From contig DAOWLG010000001.1 of the NCBI GenBank assembly GCA_030643485.1, forward strand, positions 1 through 37,591: DNA of 37,591 bases, read 5' to 3'. The stretch comes from Candidatus Nealsonbacteria bacterium (GTDB lineage: Bacteria > Patescibacteriota > Minisyncoccia > Minisyncoccales > JAGMDC01). This document shows positions 19,066-28,182 of this stretch, in pieces. Positions within the stretch are counted from its first letter, which is position 1; each line of letters opens with the position of its first letter. The position numbers and the translations under genes are program-made. The notes beneath the pieces are model-generated. The model did not search any database, was not told the DNA's origin, and saw nothing but the letters and a program-made list of their open reading frames with translations.

Positions 19066-19839
19066 TTAATTAAAAGTTTTTCGGCCGCGTTTGTAAAGAT
19101 TCCGAATTTGTGTCGCGTTTAACTCAATATCGTAATTACGAAATCCCCCTAGTTCGCCTAGAAAATCGTTTTTGTATAAAGATTGAACTTGATTCCATTG
19201 TGCCCCTAGTATAGTTTTACAGTTAGCATTATAAAAATTCCCTGATAAAGGCAAAAATGAGACTATCAAACTTTGTGCCACATATATTCCGTCCACATAT
19301 ATTTTAGGATTATTTCCAGCCCCATCGTACGAATAAACTGTGTGATGCCAATTGCCATCACAGAAACTATCAGTAGTTCTAATTAGCCTGTATTTTCCTC
19401 CTGCATGACAATAAATTAAAATATCTAGTTTTTCATCTACATTTAGCGTTGTAATAATATGGCCATTAGAATTGTTATCAGCAATTGCAAATAATGTGTA
19501 GCTAATGGCATCGTCTTTAGATGATTTGAACCAAAGCTCAAAAGTAAAAGGAGTACTATCTGTATATTGAAAATTTGCATTATTAAAAACAATTCTATCT
19601 CTGTCGCCATAAACTTCTCCATGTCCTCCGTCGAAAGTATAAGCGGATTTTCCAGAGCTTAAATTAAATCGTCCCATTTGGGTGGTTGCGCCTGTTACCG
19701 CTCCATTAGTAGAGCCACAACTATCATTAGCATTATTATCAAAAATATAACAATTTATTAAAGCTGCATGGGCAAATCCCAGTTTTGCAAAAATTAATAA
19801 AAAAGCGATGATTAAACAAATTTTTAATTTTTTCAACAT
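19066..19839 (-). CDS. LamG/concanavalin A-like domain protein with signal peptide
   Basis: FTFELWFKS, DGNWHHTVYSYDG and IYVDG motifs; N-terminal MLKKLKICLIIAFLLIFAKLGFAHA. Confidence 0.85.
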   Translation of the reverse strand: MLKKLKICLIIAFLLIFAKLGFAHAALINCYIFDNNANDSCGSTNGAVTGATTQMGRFNLSSGKSAYTFDGGHGEVYGDRDRIVFNNANFQYTDSTPFTFELWFKSSKDDAISYTLFAIADNNSNGHIITTLNVDEKLDILIYCHAGGKYRLIRTTDSFCDGNWHHTVYSYDGAGNNPKIYVDGIYVAQSLIVSFLPLSGNFYNANCKTILGAQWNQVQSLYKNDFLGELGGFRNYDIELNATQIRNLYKRGRKTFN

Positions 19840-19850
19840 TGAAAGAAAAC

Positions 19851-20066
19851 TTAAGTAACCGTTATGTTTAAAAGATTGTTTTTTTCTGTTTCAAGCGTAG
19901 ATAAAGCTGCAAGAAGAGCGTCTTTAGTATTTTTGTTCTCAGCTTCTTTCGCGGCTTGAGCAATTTCTCCTGCTTCCACTTTTTGAGCAGATAACTGATC
20001 AAGTTTTTTCTGTATAGCTTCAATTTTTTGTTCAATTGTAGCTTCAGGATTAAATTGGATAGCCAT
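19851..20066 (-). CDS. Small coiled-coil hypothetical protein
   Basis: ATG ORF, Ala/Glu/Lys-rich heptads. Confidence 0.7.
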   Translation of the reverse strand: MAIQFNPEATIEQKIEAIQKKLDQLSAQKVEAGEIAQAAKEAENKNTKDALLAALSTLETEKNNLLNITVT

Positions 20067-20089
20067 TTTTTTATAAAGTTAAAAGGTAA

Positions 20090-20371
20090 TTAAGTAAATT
20101 TTACAATACTCCATCTTTCAGAAAAAAGGTCTAAAGGAGACGGCCAATATGGCATTTTTGTATATCCGTCTTTTTCGCCTTTGCAAGAAAGATTGAAATA
20201 AATATAAGATGTTGTCATTTTACTATTTTTATCACGTTTTTGCATTTCTAGAAACATTTTTGTTGAATCCCAATCCAAATTTGTTACTTTTTCTCCTTTT
20301 TTTAATTTTAGCAAAGCTTCTGAAAAATCAAATACGGCTACATCTTGGTCTTGATTGTTATTTGTACACAT
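20090..20371 (-). CDS. DUF2829 / Tad2-like protein
   Basis: FDFSEALLKLKKGEKV...W...MFL...SKMTTSYIY...W.PS..DLFSERW matches the recalled family pattern. Confidence 0.75.
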   Translation of the reverse strand: MCTNNNQDQDVAVFDFSEALLKLKKGEKVTNLDWDSTKMFLEMQKRDKNSKMTTSYIYFNLSCKGEKDGYTKMPYWPSPLDLFSERWSIVKFT

Positions 20372-20404
20372 AAATTTTAAAAAGTTAAAATAATAAAAAT
20401 ATTA

Positions 20405-22504
20405 TTAAGTAGCAAATATTGCGGTGTTTGGGATATACCAACAAGAAAATCTGATTGATCCTCCTGCAATAGTCGAACCAACTTGATCGCAAAAAAACTG
20501 TATTCTATCCCCTAGGTTTAACCCCGTTCCTGTTGAGGGTCTGTCATAAGTACTATCATTCGCGCTTGCCGATACAGAAATTTTGCTTGAGTATGTCGTT
20601 GTTCCATTTTTGTGAAGATCGAATAGTCCAGCCGCACCAGTTGGCGCGGTATCCACTCTAACCTGACACCCCAAAAGCAATCCGTCGTCTTTTAACCTCT
20701 GGGTTCCCATAGCATTAGACGAATCAGCAACAGCTGTTAATTCATCTGTGTATTGTAAAACTTCCGCATTTTCATCCGCAAATTTAATTGTAAGCGTATC
20801 ATTAAAAAGATCTTGTTGAGCAAGGATTGTGATTTCTGTGTTGGTGGTATAAGCCGAATCAATAACAACTCCATAGAAAATTTTGGCGCCAGAATTGGTA
20901 ATTTTTAACAATTTTCCAGCTGGAAATAATTCAGTAACATCCGCGCTACTGACATACGCCACGGTTGCGCCTGAATACGTGGTAGTAACACCGTCATCAT
21001 TCCAAAATGCCGCGCTTCCGCCTGCGCTTGCTGCCCATTCGGGAGCTGTTGCGCCTGCATTCATGGTGAGGACTTGCGTTGCTGTCCCTTTGGCAAGCCT
21101 TGTTAGTTTATTAGAATTTCTGTAATAAACATCTCCGTCCACGTCGCTTCCCAGACTCATAGTTACATCGGCCACGGCTGCGCCTGTCGATAATGTACCG
21201 CTAGTTACTGTCCCAATTTTTGAAATTGTTCCTAATAAATTTGTCCAAGTGATTTTGTTGTTATGCCCGCCTGTATCATCATAAAAAATAAATTCATCCG
21301 CGGCCGCTAAGGTATCAGCAGCTTCCCCGTTGATGTTTAGCGCTATTGTAACAGTATCGGTAGCCCCTACCGTAGTAGTTATCGCACTACCGCCTGTAAT
21401 TGTAATTGTATTTTTGTCGTTGATAGTTTGGTTGGCCCCGCCGTCTCCTGCCAACGTAAGATCATTGAAACTAGCTGTCCCTCCAATATATATTGTATCT
21501 CCGTTAATCGTAGTAGCAACCTGGCCACTTCCCGCAATGGTTAAAATATCAGTTGTTGAATCTGCTGTTGTGCTTCCCAAATCTCCTGTTATAGTAGCCC
21601 AAATATTTTGAGCGCCTGCCACTGAAATAAACTCAAGAGCATTTTCGGCGGCATTTACGGAAACGACTTTTCCCCCGCTTCCTGTAAAAACCGAAGGGGT
21701 ATCAGTCAAAGCTAAAAAAGTGGTTGCACCTGTTGCACTCGCCAAAATATCTGTATCTGTCCCAGCTGAATCTTTGAAAAAAAGTTTTGTGATTCCTGCT
21801 ACATCTTTTGTATATAATCTTGCTTTATTTGCTGCTGGATTCGCGGGCGCTGCAATTTCTGAAAACTCAACAAAAGAATCTAAAAGCTTGATACCTTCCG
21901 CTAATATTCCGTTATTGGTGGTATATTCAAGGATTGTATCAACTAATAAATTCCCGGATAAAGTTAAGCCTGTAAACCCAGGGCTTACACTCCCCCGCAA
22001 ATCTTGAGAAATGAAAGTATGATCTGTCCCATCGCTTGATACATGGGTATATGCTGAATCATAATTTGTTTTTAGCGCTGCAGTTAGATTTTTTTCACTT
22101 CTAACGAAATTAGCGCCGTCATCAATATCATCAATCGTCGCGCCTGTCCCTACCTGTCCGCTTGTTCCTCTCAAAATTCCTGATAAAGCTTGAACATGAA
22201 AAGTACTATCAATATTTACACCGCTCCCCGCTGTCTTTTCCTGGATATGATCGACCAATAAGGGATCTAAAGCTGCTCCGCTGAACGTCGAAACATCCAA
22301 AACGTCAAAATATCCGTTTATTCTATCCGAAGGATCACCAACGGAAAAACTTCGAATCGGTTTAACTGCGGATTTTCCTGAAATTTTAACCCAATAATCT
22401 TGGATTGATCCCGTGATTGATCGCGCATAAACAGGCGTCATAATCCCGGCAAAAAAACTCAAAAGAAAAAGAAGTACAACACAAAATTTTTTAAATTTGC
22501 TCAT
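20405..22504 (-). CDS. Tail-fibre-like protein with N-terminal signal peptide, 699 aa
   Basis: FLALTDTPSVFTGSGGKVVSVN and GDVYYRNSNKLTRLAKG fibre motifs; MSKFKKFCVVLLFLLSFFAGIMTPVYA start. Confidence 0.7.
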   Translation of the reverse strand: MSKFKKFCVVLLFLLSFFAGIMTPVYARSITGSIQDYWVKISGKSAVKPIRSFSVGDPSDRINGYFDVLDVSTFSGAALDPLLVDHIQEKTAGSGVNIDSTFHVQALSGILRGTSGQVGTGATIDDIDDGANFVRSEKNLTAALKTNYDSAYTHVSSDGTDHTFISQDLRGSVSPGFTGLTLSGNLLVDTILEYTTNNGILAEGIKLLDSFVEFSEIAAPANPAANKARLYTKDVAGITKLFFKDSAGTDTDILASATGATTFLALTDTPSVFTGSGGKVVSVNAAENALEFISVAGAQNIWATITGDLGSTTADSTTDILTIAGSGQVATTINGDTIYIGGTASFNDLTLAGDGGANQTINDKNTITITGGSAITTTVGATDTVTIALNINGEAADTLAAADEFIFYDDTGGHNNKITWTNLLGTISKIGTVTSGTLSTGAAVADVTMSLGSDVDGDVYYRNSNKLTRLAKGTATQVLTMNAGATAPEWAASAGGSAAFWNDDGVTTTYSGATVAYVSSADVTELFPAGKLLKITNSGAKIFYGVVIDSAYTTNTEITILAQQDLFNDTLTIKFADENAEVLQYTDELTAVADSSNAMGTQRLKDDGLLLGCQVRVDTAPTGAAGLFDLHKNGTTTYSSKISVSASANDSTYDRPSTGTGLNLGDRIQFFCDQVGSTIAGGSIRFSCWYIPNTAIFAT

Positions 22505-22510
22505 ATTTTT

Positions 22511-22804
22511 TTAGGCGTTAATTAAGGCTATTTGATTATTCGTTCCGCCGTTAGAAATTAAATTAAATACGGGGTATTCTTCCCCCGTCCATACATATTC
22601 TCCATTAGCGGCGGGGATAAGAATACCGCTACCAACTACAGCCGTATCGTCCAATTCCAGGTATATATCATACGAAGCATGAGTATTTTGTAAGGTTACA
22701 CTTTTTTTTCCAGGCAAAGAAATATGCTTGGCAAAAACTGTTTTTTGCGCGGCAGATAGCAAAGAGGTTAATTCTGAACTTGTCGCGGGGACAGAAATGA
22801 GCAT
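22511..22804 (-). CDS. Hypothetical small beta-rich protein
   Basis: ATG ORF 6 bp from the next gene. Confidence 0.7.
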   Translation of the reverse strand: MLISVPATSSELTSLLSAAQKTVFAKHISLPGKKSVTLQNTHASYDIYLELDDTAVVGSGILIPAANGEYVWTGEEYPVFNLISNGGTNNQIALINA

Positions 22805-22832
22805 AAGATTTTTTAAAAATATCTTTTATAAT

Positions 22833-23603
22833 TTATTCATAACACAAAAACAAAAAAAAGGAAAATATTATTTTTTTTTTGTGTTTTTGAGTTTTCAAAA
22901 ACTCTTTCTTGTAAAAATCACAGCAAGAAAAAAAACTTGTAATATTTGTAGGATTATCGATTTTTAAAGTTTTATTGATTATTTTTTCAGAATATTTTTG
23001 AAAAACAAAGCTGGTTAAACCTTCTGGAGATTTTACTCCTTCTTTTTCTGAAAACCATTTTTTTAAAACTTCAAAATTTTTTCTTTGGGGGGTAAGGGGG
23101 GGTTCTTTAATATTCTTTATATTCTTATACCCTTCTTGAATGTGTTCACTTTTTGTTCGTTTGTTGTTCACTAGTTGTTCAGTCTTTTGATATTTGTTCC
23201 AATTCACTATATGTATAAGCCTAAATTTATTAAAAGTTTGTTGTTCAATTTTTGTTCGTTTGTTGTTCACTAGTTGTTCACTTTTTTGATATTTTTTCCA
23301 ATTAACTATATGTATAAGCCTAAATTTATTGAAAGTTTGTTGTTCAATTTGTTGTTCGATTTCGAGGTATTTCAAAATTCTTTCAATTTTACTCTCGTTA
23401 ATACCTGAAATTTTAGCTAATTTTTTTCGTCCAGTTATAAATTCACCTAGCCTTAATTTATTTTTTTTACTATTAAATATGAAGAATTGTTTTTTTTGGT
23501 GATTGGCTAGTATTAGTAAAAGAAGCCACAAAGCTAAATATTCTGGTTTTTTAGAAATTACATTTGTTAAAATTTTACGATGTAGTTTAATCCAGCCTTG
23601 CAT
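22833..23603 (-). CDS. Phage replication initiator / replisome organizer
   Basis: MQGWIKLHRKI...LLILANH...GEFITGRKKLA wHTH-type N-terminus; repetitive Gln/Asn linker. Confidence 0.85.
   Translation of the reverse strand: MQGWIKLHRKILTNVISKKPEYLALWLLLLILANHQKKQFFIFNSKKNKLRLGEFITGRKKLAKISGINESKIERILKYLEIEQQIEQQTFNKFRLIHIVNWKKYQKSEQLVNNKRTKIEQQTFNKFRLIHIVNWNKYQKTEQLVNNKRTKSEHIQEGYKNIKNIKEPPLTPQRKNFEVLKKWFSEKEGVKSPEGLTSFVFQKYSEKIINKTLKIDNPTNITSFFSCCDFYKKEFLKTQKHKKKIIFSFFLFLCYE
23150..23350. repeat. 99-bp tandem duplication with TTGTTC iteron-like motifs (candidate origin)
   Basis: TTTTGTTCGTTTGTTGTTCACTAGTTGTTCA at 23151 and 23250; 33-aa protein repeat. Confidence 0.9.
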
Positions 23604-23618
23604 TTACTTTTATTTTTA

Positions 23619-23753
23619 TATTTAAAAAGCCCTCCTTCAAAAAAGGAAAACCAAAGTTAAATTAAGTTGCGAGACAACTTTTAAGAGAGGAGAGCTTTTT
23701 AAATACAAAAAACTTTGGTATTTTTTATTATCTCGCATACAAACTTTTGAAGG
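23619..23753 (-). ncRNA. Structured leader / antisense-type RNA upstream of the initiator gene
   Basis: 18-bp stem (23619-23636 with 23688-23705, one G-U on the minus strand), inner hairpin, three complementary boxes upstream. Confidence 0.6.
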
Positions 23754-23829
23754 TATTTTTTAATTATCTCATTTTTTAAAAAATTTGTCCATATTTTTAA
23801 GGATATGACTGATTTTGTCCCCCTCTCTT

Positions 23830-25278
23830 CTAATACGGATCACTAAGAGGAATATCAGAATCAGAGAAATCATTTTCTTTTTCCATTTCTCGAAATTGGG
23901 GTTTTTGGATTAAACATCTGCCCAAATTTTCAATAAAATGGTCATCTTTATCGACAGGTTTTTCTTTCGCTCCTTTTTTATTTCTGGCTTTACCAACCCA
24001 ATTGTCCCACCTGTATCGCTCCACTTCCCAAATCATTTGTTTACAATTATCAAAAAAGTAAAGTTGAGGTGGTTTTTGCATAAATCCGCCTAGTTCCTGA
24101 AAATTTAGAGCGTTAGCAATACATCTATCAGCTGTGCTTCTAAATTTTGTTGCTTTTTGATAATGCAAGCCTTTTTCACTCAAAATTTTAGCTAAAGAAT
24201 TGTTAGAATCACCTCTATGTTGATCTTCATTGAAAGCGGCAGGATCGGCCAGCCGCTTAACAATTCTGAATTGAGAGGCTTTATTTTTGATTCGTTGGGC
24301 TAATTCATCAAATTTGCCAAAAACGTTAATGCTCAATTCATCAACAACAAAAATTGTTCCTTTGCGGTCGATAGCAACCCAAAGCACAGCATCGGGGTGG
24401 CGCGGGTGAGGGTCAAGCATTTCCCACACAACATAATTTTCCATAGTGATATCAAACGGTTTAATCACATGGATTTTTCTTGAAAATTGTTTAAAAATAA
24501 TTCCTGTTAAATGTTGATATTTCCCAAAAATTCTTGCTTGTTTATCTTCTTCGGAATATTGAGAGATCATTAACTCAATATTTTGTCTGCTTAGTTGTCC
24601 TCTTGTTCCTGGAATATCTTTACAGGCGCTCCATACGTCGGCTTGGACATAAGCTCTTTTTCCTTTTTCGTTATTTGTATTACAGATAATTTCATCATAC
24701 AAAAAAATTGAATTTGAGCCGATAGGAGTTTCCGTAATAAACATTCTTCCCCCCATACGTAGCCGTGAAATATTGGCTTTATAAATAGCCTCAGGGCAAG
24801 GCTCGTCTAAAAAGCACCACCCCAAATCAACACTCTCAAATTCTTTGGTTTCTTGATCATAAGTCATCAAATCAAAACTAAAAGCTGTATCCATTTTCCA
24901 AAAATACTCATAATTTTTACCTTTTTTTTCGGTTGTGTATCTTCCTTCAGGCAACCATTTTTTAAGTTCAGGTATGATTTTTTCTTGTATATTTGTTGGA
25001 TCAGAAACGATCCTCCCACGCTTGATATATGGCCAATCTAGCCATAGCGGTGTTTGAAAATATTTATTGCCACACGGAAAAAACAAATGTGCGAGCATAT
25101 TAACAGCGGTCGCGGTTTTTCCAATACCGTTAGCCGCTGAATATAACGTTATAAACCACTCATTACTACCAACCAAATCAATAAACTCTTCTCCCTTGAC
25201 TGTTGGAATAAAATACCTATATTTTTCCTTTTCTAGTCTATATAATTTTTCTTTTTTCAGCTCTTGTGTATCAGTCAT
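23830..25278 (-). CDS. terL: Terminase large subunit
   Basis: Walker A AANGIGKT, Walker B CFLDEP, TETP, nuclease MLDPH and DKDDHFIE. Confidence 0.93.
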   Translation of the reverse strand: MTDTQELKKEKLYRLEKEKYRYFIPTVKGEEFIDLVGSNEWFITLYSAANGIGKTATAVNMLAHLFFPCGNKYFQTPLWLDWPYIKRGRIVSDPTNIQEKIIPELKKWLPEGRYTTEKKGKNYEYFWKMDTAFSFDLMTYDQETKEFESVDLGWCFLDEPCPEAIYKANISRLRMGGRMFITETPIGSNSIFLYDEIICNTNNEKGKRAYVQADVWSACKDIPGTRGQLSRQNIELMISQYSEEDKQARIFGKYQHLTGIIFKQFSRKIHVIKPFDITMENYVVWEMLDPHPRHPDAVLWVAIDRKGTIFVVDELSINVFGKFDELAQRIKNKASQFRIVKRLADPAAFNEDQHRGDSNNSLAKILSEKGLHYQKATKFRSTADRCIANALNFQELGGFMQKPPQLYFFDNCKQMIWEVERYRWDNWVGKARNKKGAKEKPVDKDDHFIENLGRCLIQKPQFREMEKENDFSDSDIPLSDPY

Positions 25279-25279
25279 T

Positions 25280-25465
25280 TTATTGTTTTTGAGGTTCTTT
25301 TAGAAATTTGTCACATTTGTTAAAAAGAAGACACTCAACTAGACAATTTGAATCTTTAATTAGTCCGTCAACTTTGGTATGGAGAGTAGAAATGAGGTGA
25401 AGAGTTACCAATAACATCAAAAAAAATAAAGTAAAAAAAGCCGTTTTTAAAAAATCATCTAACAT
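25280..25465 (-). CDS. Small membrane protein
   Basis: N-terminal hydrophobic helix; lies between terS and terL. Confidence 0.6.
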   Translation of the reverse strand: MLDDFLKTAFFTLFFLMLLVTLHLISTLHTKVDGLIKDSNCLVECLLFNKCDKFLKEPQKQ

Positions 25466-25488
25466 TTTTTAATGATTAAATAATAAAA

Positions 25489-26022
25489 TTAAGTTGCTTC
25501 CAAAAGTTTTTGATTCAGTTCTTCATCGCTTAAATTAGAGTAAGGTCTAGGAGAAATCTCATGTTTTTCGGGCGCAAAATCACCGCGTAACCTAAAAACA
25601 AATTCTAAGGCTGATTTAACTGAAAAAGTGTCGGGTCTTTCTGATTCAATCATGCTCAATTTCTTTTTATTTCCTTTAAATTCTATTTTTTTGATCAACT
25701 CATTTTTGTCTAGAAGCGCTTTCAGTTTTTTCGCCAAAAATTTTTCATCTATCCCGACTTGATCAAGTTCGGCGATTAGGGCAGTCGGAAAAATTTTAGT
25801 TATTTCTTTTTCTAACCGTGATTGAAAATTTTGGCTCCTATATCCTGCAATTTTTAAGGCAGCTCTCCCTGTATGCCCGTTCAATTTTGCTGCGACATAT
25901 CGAGCTTGTCTTGGGTTTAGTTTATTTTCTTTCTTTTTAAACGTTTTTGCTTTCTTCTTTAATATGTCAACTTTGGCAAGAATGGCCAAAGTTTTTGCGG
26001 GAAAGATTAAATTTTGAGACAT
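25489..26022 (-). CDS. terS: Terminase small subunit
   Basis: LNPRQARYV...AALKIAGY HTH; C-terminal LSDEEL; upstream of terL. Confidence 0.75.
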   Translation of the reverse strand: MSQNLIFPAKTLAILAKVDILKKKAKTFKKKENKLNPRQARYVAAKLNGHTGRAALKIAGYRSQNFQSRLEKEITKIFPTALIAELDQVGIDEKFLAKKLKALLDKNELIKKIEFKGNKKKLSMIESERPDTFSVKSALEFVFRLRGDFAPEKHEISPRPYSNLSDEELNQKLLEAT

Positions 26023-26034
26023 TTTTAAATTTAA

Positions 26035-26277
26035 TTAATATTGTTTAGAATTAAGCAAAATACTTAAGCCTGCGGCTGCACATTTTGCTGAACAGTATTT
26101 AGTTTTTGGATGTTGCTTTAAAAAACTTGGTAATTTATAGAAAATTTTAGAGCAAATGGGACAGAGACAAGGAGTCCTTTTTACTCTTTCTCCCTTCAAA
26201 TGATTTCCATGTCTCCCTCGTCCGTCTTTTTTTTTAATAATTTTAGGCTTATGCTGGTTTAGATATTTTTTTAACAT
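26035..26277 (-). CDS. Small zinc-finger protein
   Basis: CPICSKIF...YCSAKC. Confidence 0.65.
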   Translation of the reverse strand: MLKKYLNQHKPKIIKKKDGRGRHGNHLKGERVKRTPCLCPICSKIFYKLPSFLKQHPKTKYCSAKCAAAGLSILLNSKQY

Positions 26278-26639
26278 TAATATATTTCTTTAAAAAGAAT
26301 ATCAGGATTTTTTTTAAAAAACAATTTTTTTTTGAGCTTATAAACCTCTGTTGTAAAGGTTTTTGAGGCTTTGACATCTTCTACTACAACTTGTCCTGTT
26401 AGATTATAATATTCGAAATCGGCGATGTATTTTATTTGGCGTATGTTTTTACCATTATGTTTAAATTGTTCTTGTAATACGTATTCAGGTTGTAGTTTTA
26501 GGCATGTAATATTTTTACATCGTTCAAGGATTTTTAATTCGCAATATCTATTGGCCTCTTTTTTTGAATCAAATTTTATGCCGTCAATTACTGTTTTTTG
26601 ATTATGGTACTTAGACCTTGGAATATTCCAACGAATCAT
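26277..26639 (-). CDS. DUF1064 family nuclease-like protein
   Basis: SKYHNQKTVIDGIKFDSKKEA, LQP, YIADF and VEDVK motifs. Confidence 0.9.
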   Translation of the reverse strand: MIRWNIPRSKYHNQKTVIDGIKFDSKKEANRYCELKILERCKNITCLKLQPEYVLQEQFKHNGKNIRQIKYIADFEYYNLTGQVVVEDVKASKTFTTEVYKLKKKLFFKKNPDILFKEIY

Positions 26640-26899
26640 ATATTTGTCGGTTCTGATATTTTGATTTTGATTTCTTGTAATTCTTTGATGATTTGCCGTA
26701 GCTCTAGAAGGTTGGTGGCCTGAAGAGACAAAATATCGATTGCATCGTTGTAGGCAGCGATTAACGTGGGATAATAACCCAAAGTTTTAAATGGATATTT
26801 TGGGTTGTTCATTTTTTTGGTAACCGCCCAGCTCAAATCATCAAATTGAACAAGAAAATGGTCTTTTGGTAGATTGAATTTTATTTTATTTTTTTCCAT
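26636..26899 (-). CDS. Hypothetical protein (likely start MEKNK at 26899)
   Basis: ATG overlapping the upstream gene end; ATGA overlap at the stop. Confidence 0.65.
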   Translation of the reverse strand: MEKNKIKFNLPKDHFLVQFDDLSWAVTKKMNNPKYPFKTLGYYPTLIAAYNDAIDILSLQATNLLELRQIIKELQEIKIKISEPTNI

Positions 26900-27104
26900 T
26901 CTTAAAAGTTTCGTAAAAAAATAGAATTTTTGTAGAATCAAGCCAAATACGTACATGTTTAGGTGGCTTTATTTTGTCGATAATTAGCAAAACCTGGAAA
27001 AAGTGAGATTTGCTTGTTTGATGTTTTTGGATCAAAGCAGCGATTTCTAGGACATCATTTTTGAGTTTTATTTGAACCCCTGTGGTAAGAATTAGTTCAG
27101 TCAT
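26886..27104 (-). CDS. Hypothetical protein
   Basis: ATG ORF packed in the operon. Confidence 0.65.
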   Translation of the reverse strand: MTELILTTGVQIKLKNDVLEIAALIQKHQTSKSHFFQVLLIIDKIKPPKHVRIWLDSTKILFFYETFKNGKK

Positions 27105-27116
27105 TTTATTATATGG

Positions 27117-27293
27117 TTATATTTTAAATTCGATTTTATGTTTTATAGCCTTTTCTATTTCCTTTTGAATCAAAGAAAGAGGCTGGAAGCTCAACTGTTT
27201 TTTTAATTCTTGGTTTTCTTGTTCAAGTTTTTGAATTAAAATTTGTTGTTTTAAAATTATTCTAATTCTGTTATCTTGTTCAAGGTTTTTCAT
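27117..27293 (-). CDS. 58-aa coiled-coil protein (not in ORF track)
   Basis: MKNLEQDNRIRII...EFKI*; fills the gap. Confidence 0.55.
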   Translation of the reverse strand: MKNLEQDNRIRIILKQQILIQKLEQENQELKKQLSFQPLSLIQKEIEKAIKHKIEFKI

Positions 27294-27444
27294 TATTGAT
27301 TTTATTTAGAAAATTTTTAAATTGTGTTGGTTTAAAATTTCCACAAACAGTACAAGGTTCACATACCCAAAACTCCCCCGTTAATCCAATTTTTTTAGCA
27401 CAATCTTCACAAATTGCATAAGTTTCTTGAGCTATTTTTTCCAT
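27280..27444 (-). CDS. Small zinc-binding protein
   Basis: MEKIAQETYAICEDC...CEPCTVCG. Confidence 0.55.
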   Translation of the reverse strand: MEKIAQETYAICEDCAKKIGLTGEFWVCEPCTVCGNFKPTQFKNFLNKINNEKP

Positions 27445-28171
27445 TATCAAAAATATTAAAAAATAATTTAGCTTCATCTCTGATTTCCCAATTTTCATCT
27501 GTTTTTGTTTTTTCTGGAAACCCTAAAGTTCTAAAAGCCTCAAGCCTAATTGTGCAATCTTCATCTTTTTTTGCTTTTTCCGTAAATCCTAAATTTCGAT
27601 AAGCTGCTAATCTGATATCAGTGTCTTTATTTGATTTTGCTTTTTCATCAAAACCTAAAATTCTAAAAGCTTCAAATCTGATTTTATAAAAAACATCGGA
27701 TTTTGCTTTTTTCGTAAAGCCTAAAATTCTAAATGCTTCGAGTCTAATTCCCCAATATTCATCTTTTTTAGCTTCTTCGGTAAAGCCTAAAATTCTAAAA
27801 GCTTCAAATCTAATATCAATGTCTTTATCTGATTTTGCTTTTTCATCAAACCCTAAAATCCGAAAAGCTTCAAATCTAATATCAGTGTCTTTATCTGATT
27901 TTGCTTTTTCATCAAAACCTAAAATTCTAAAAGCTTCAAGCCTAATTGTGCAATCTTCATCTTTTTTTGCTTTTTCCGTAAATCCTAAATTTCGATAAGC
28001 TGCTAATCTAATTTCCCAATTTTCATCTTTTTTTGCTTTTTCTGTAAAACCTAAATTTTTAAAAGCTTCAAATCTGATTTCATCGTTTTTATCTTTTTTT
28101 GCTTCTTTTGGAAAAAGGCTTATACAAGCTAGTTTTTCTTGAAAAGTTAAATCTTCATATTTTTTTTTCAT
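27407..28171 (-). CDS. 22-aa helical (HEAT/LRV-like) repeat protein A, about 9.5 repeats
   Basis: Unit xDxxxxIR(L/F)EAFRILGFxEKAK; 66-bp DNA period. Confidence 0.85.
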   Translation of the reverse strand: MKKKYEDLTFQEKLACISLFPKEAKKDKNDEIRFEAFKNLGFTEKAKKDENWEIRLAAYRNLGFTEKAKKDEDCTIRLEAFRILGFDEKAKSDKDTDIRFEAFRILGFDEKAKSDKDIDIRFEAFRILGFTEEAKKDEYWGIRLEAFRILGFTKKAKSDVFYKIRFEAFRILGFDEKAKSNKDTDIRLAAYRNLGFTEKAKKDEDCTIRLEAFRTLGFPEKTKTDENWEIRDEAKLFFNIFDNGKNSSRNLCNL

Positions 28172-28182
28172 GGTTTAAGATA

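Noticed and set aside
22833..22880. Hydrophobic C-terminal tail on the initiator as a membrane anchor
   Set aside because: It follows an A10 run; one fewer A gives an immediate TAA, so the tail may be slippage or an artefact and is not interpretable.
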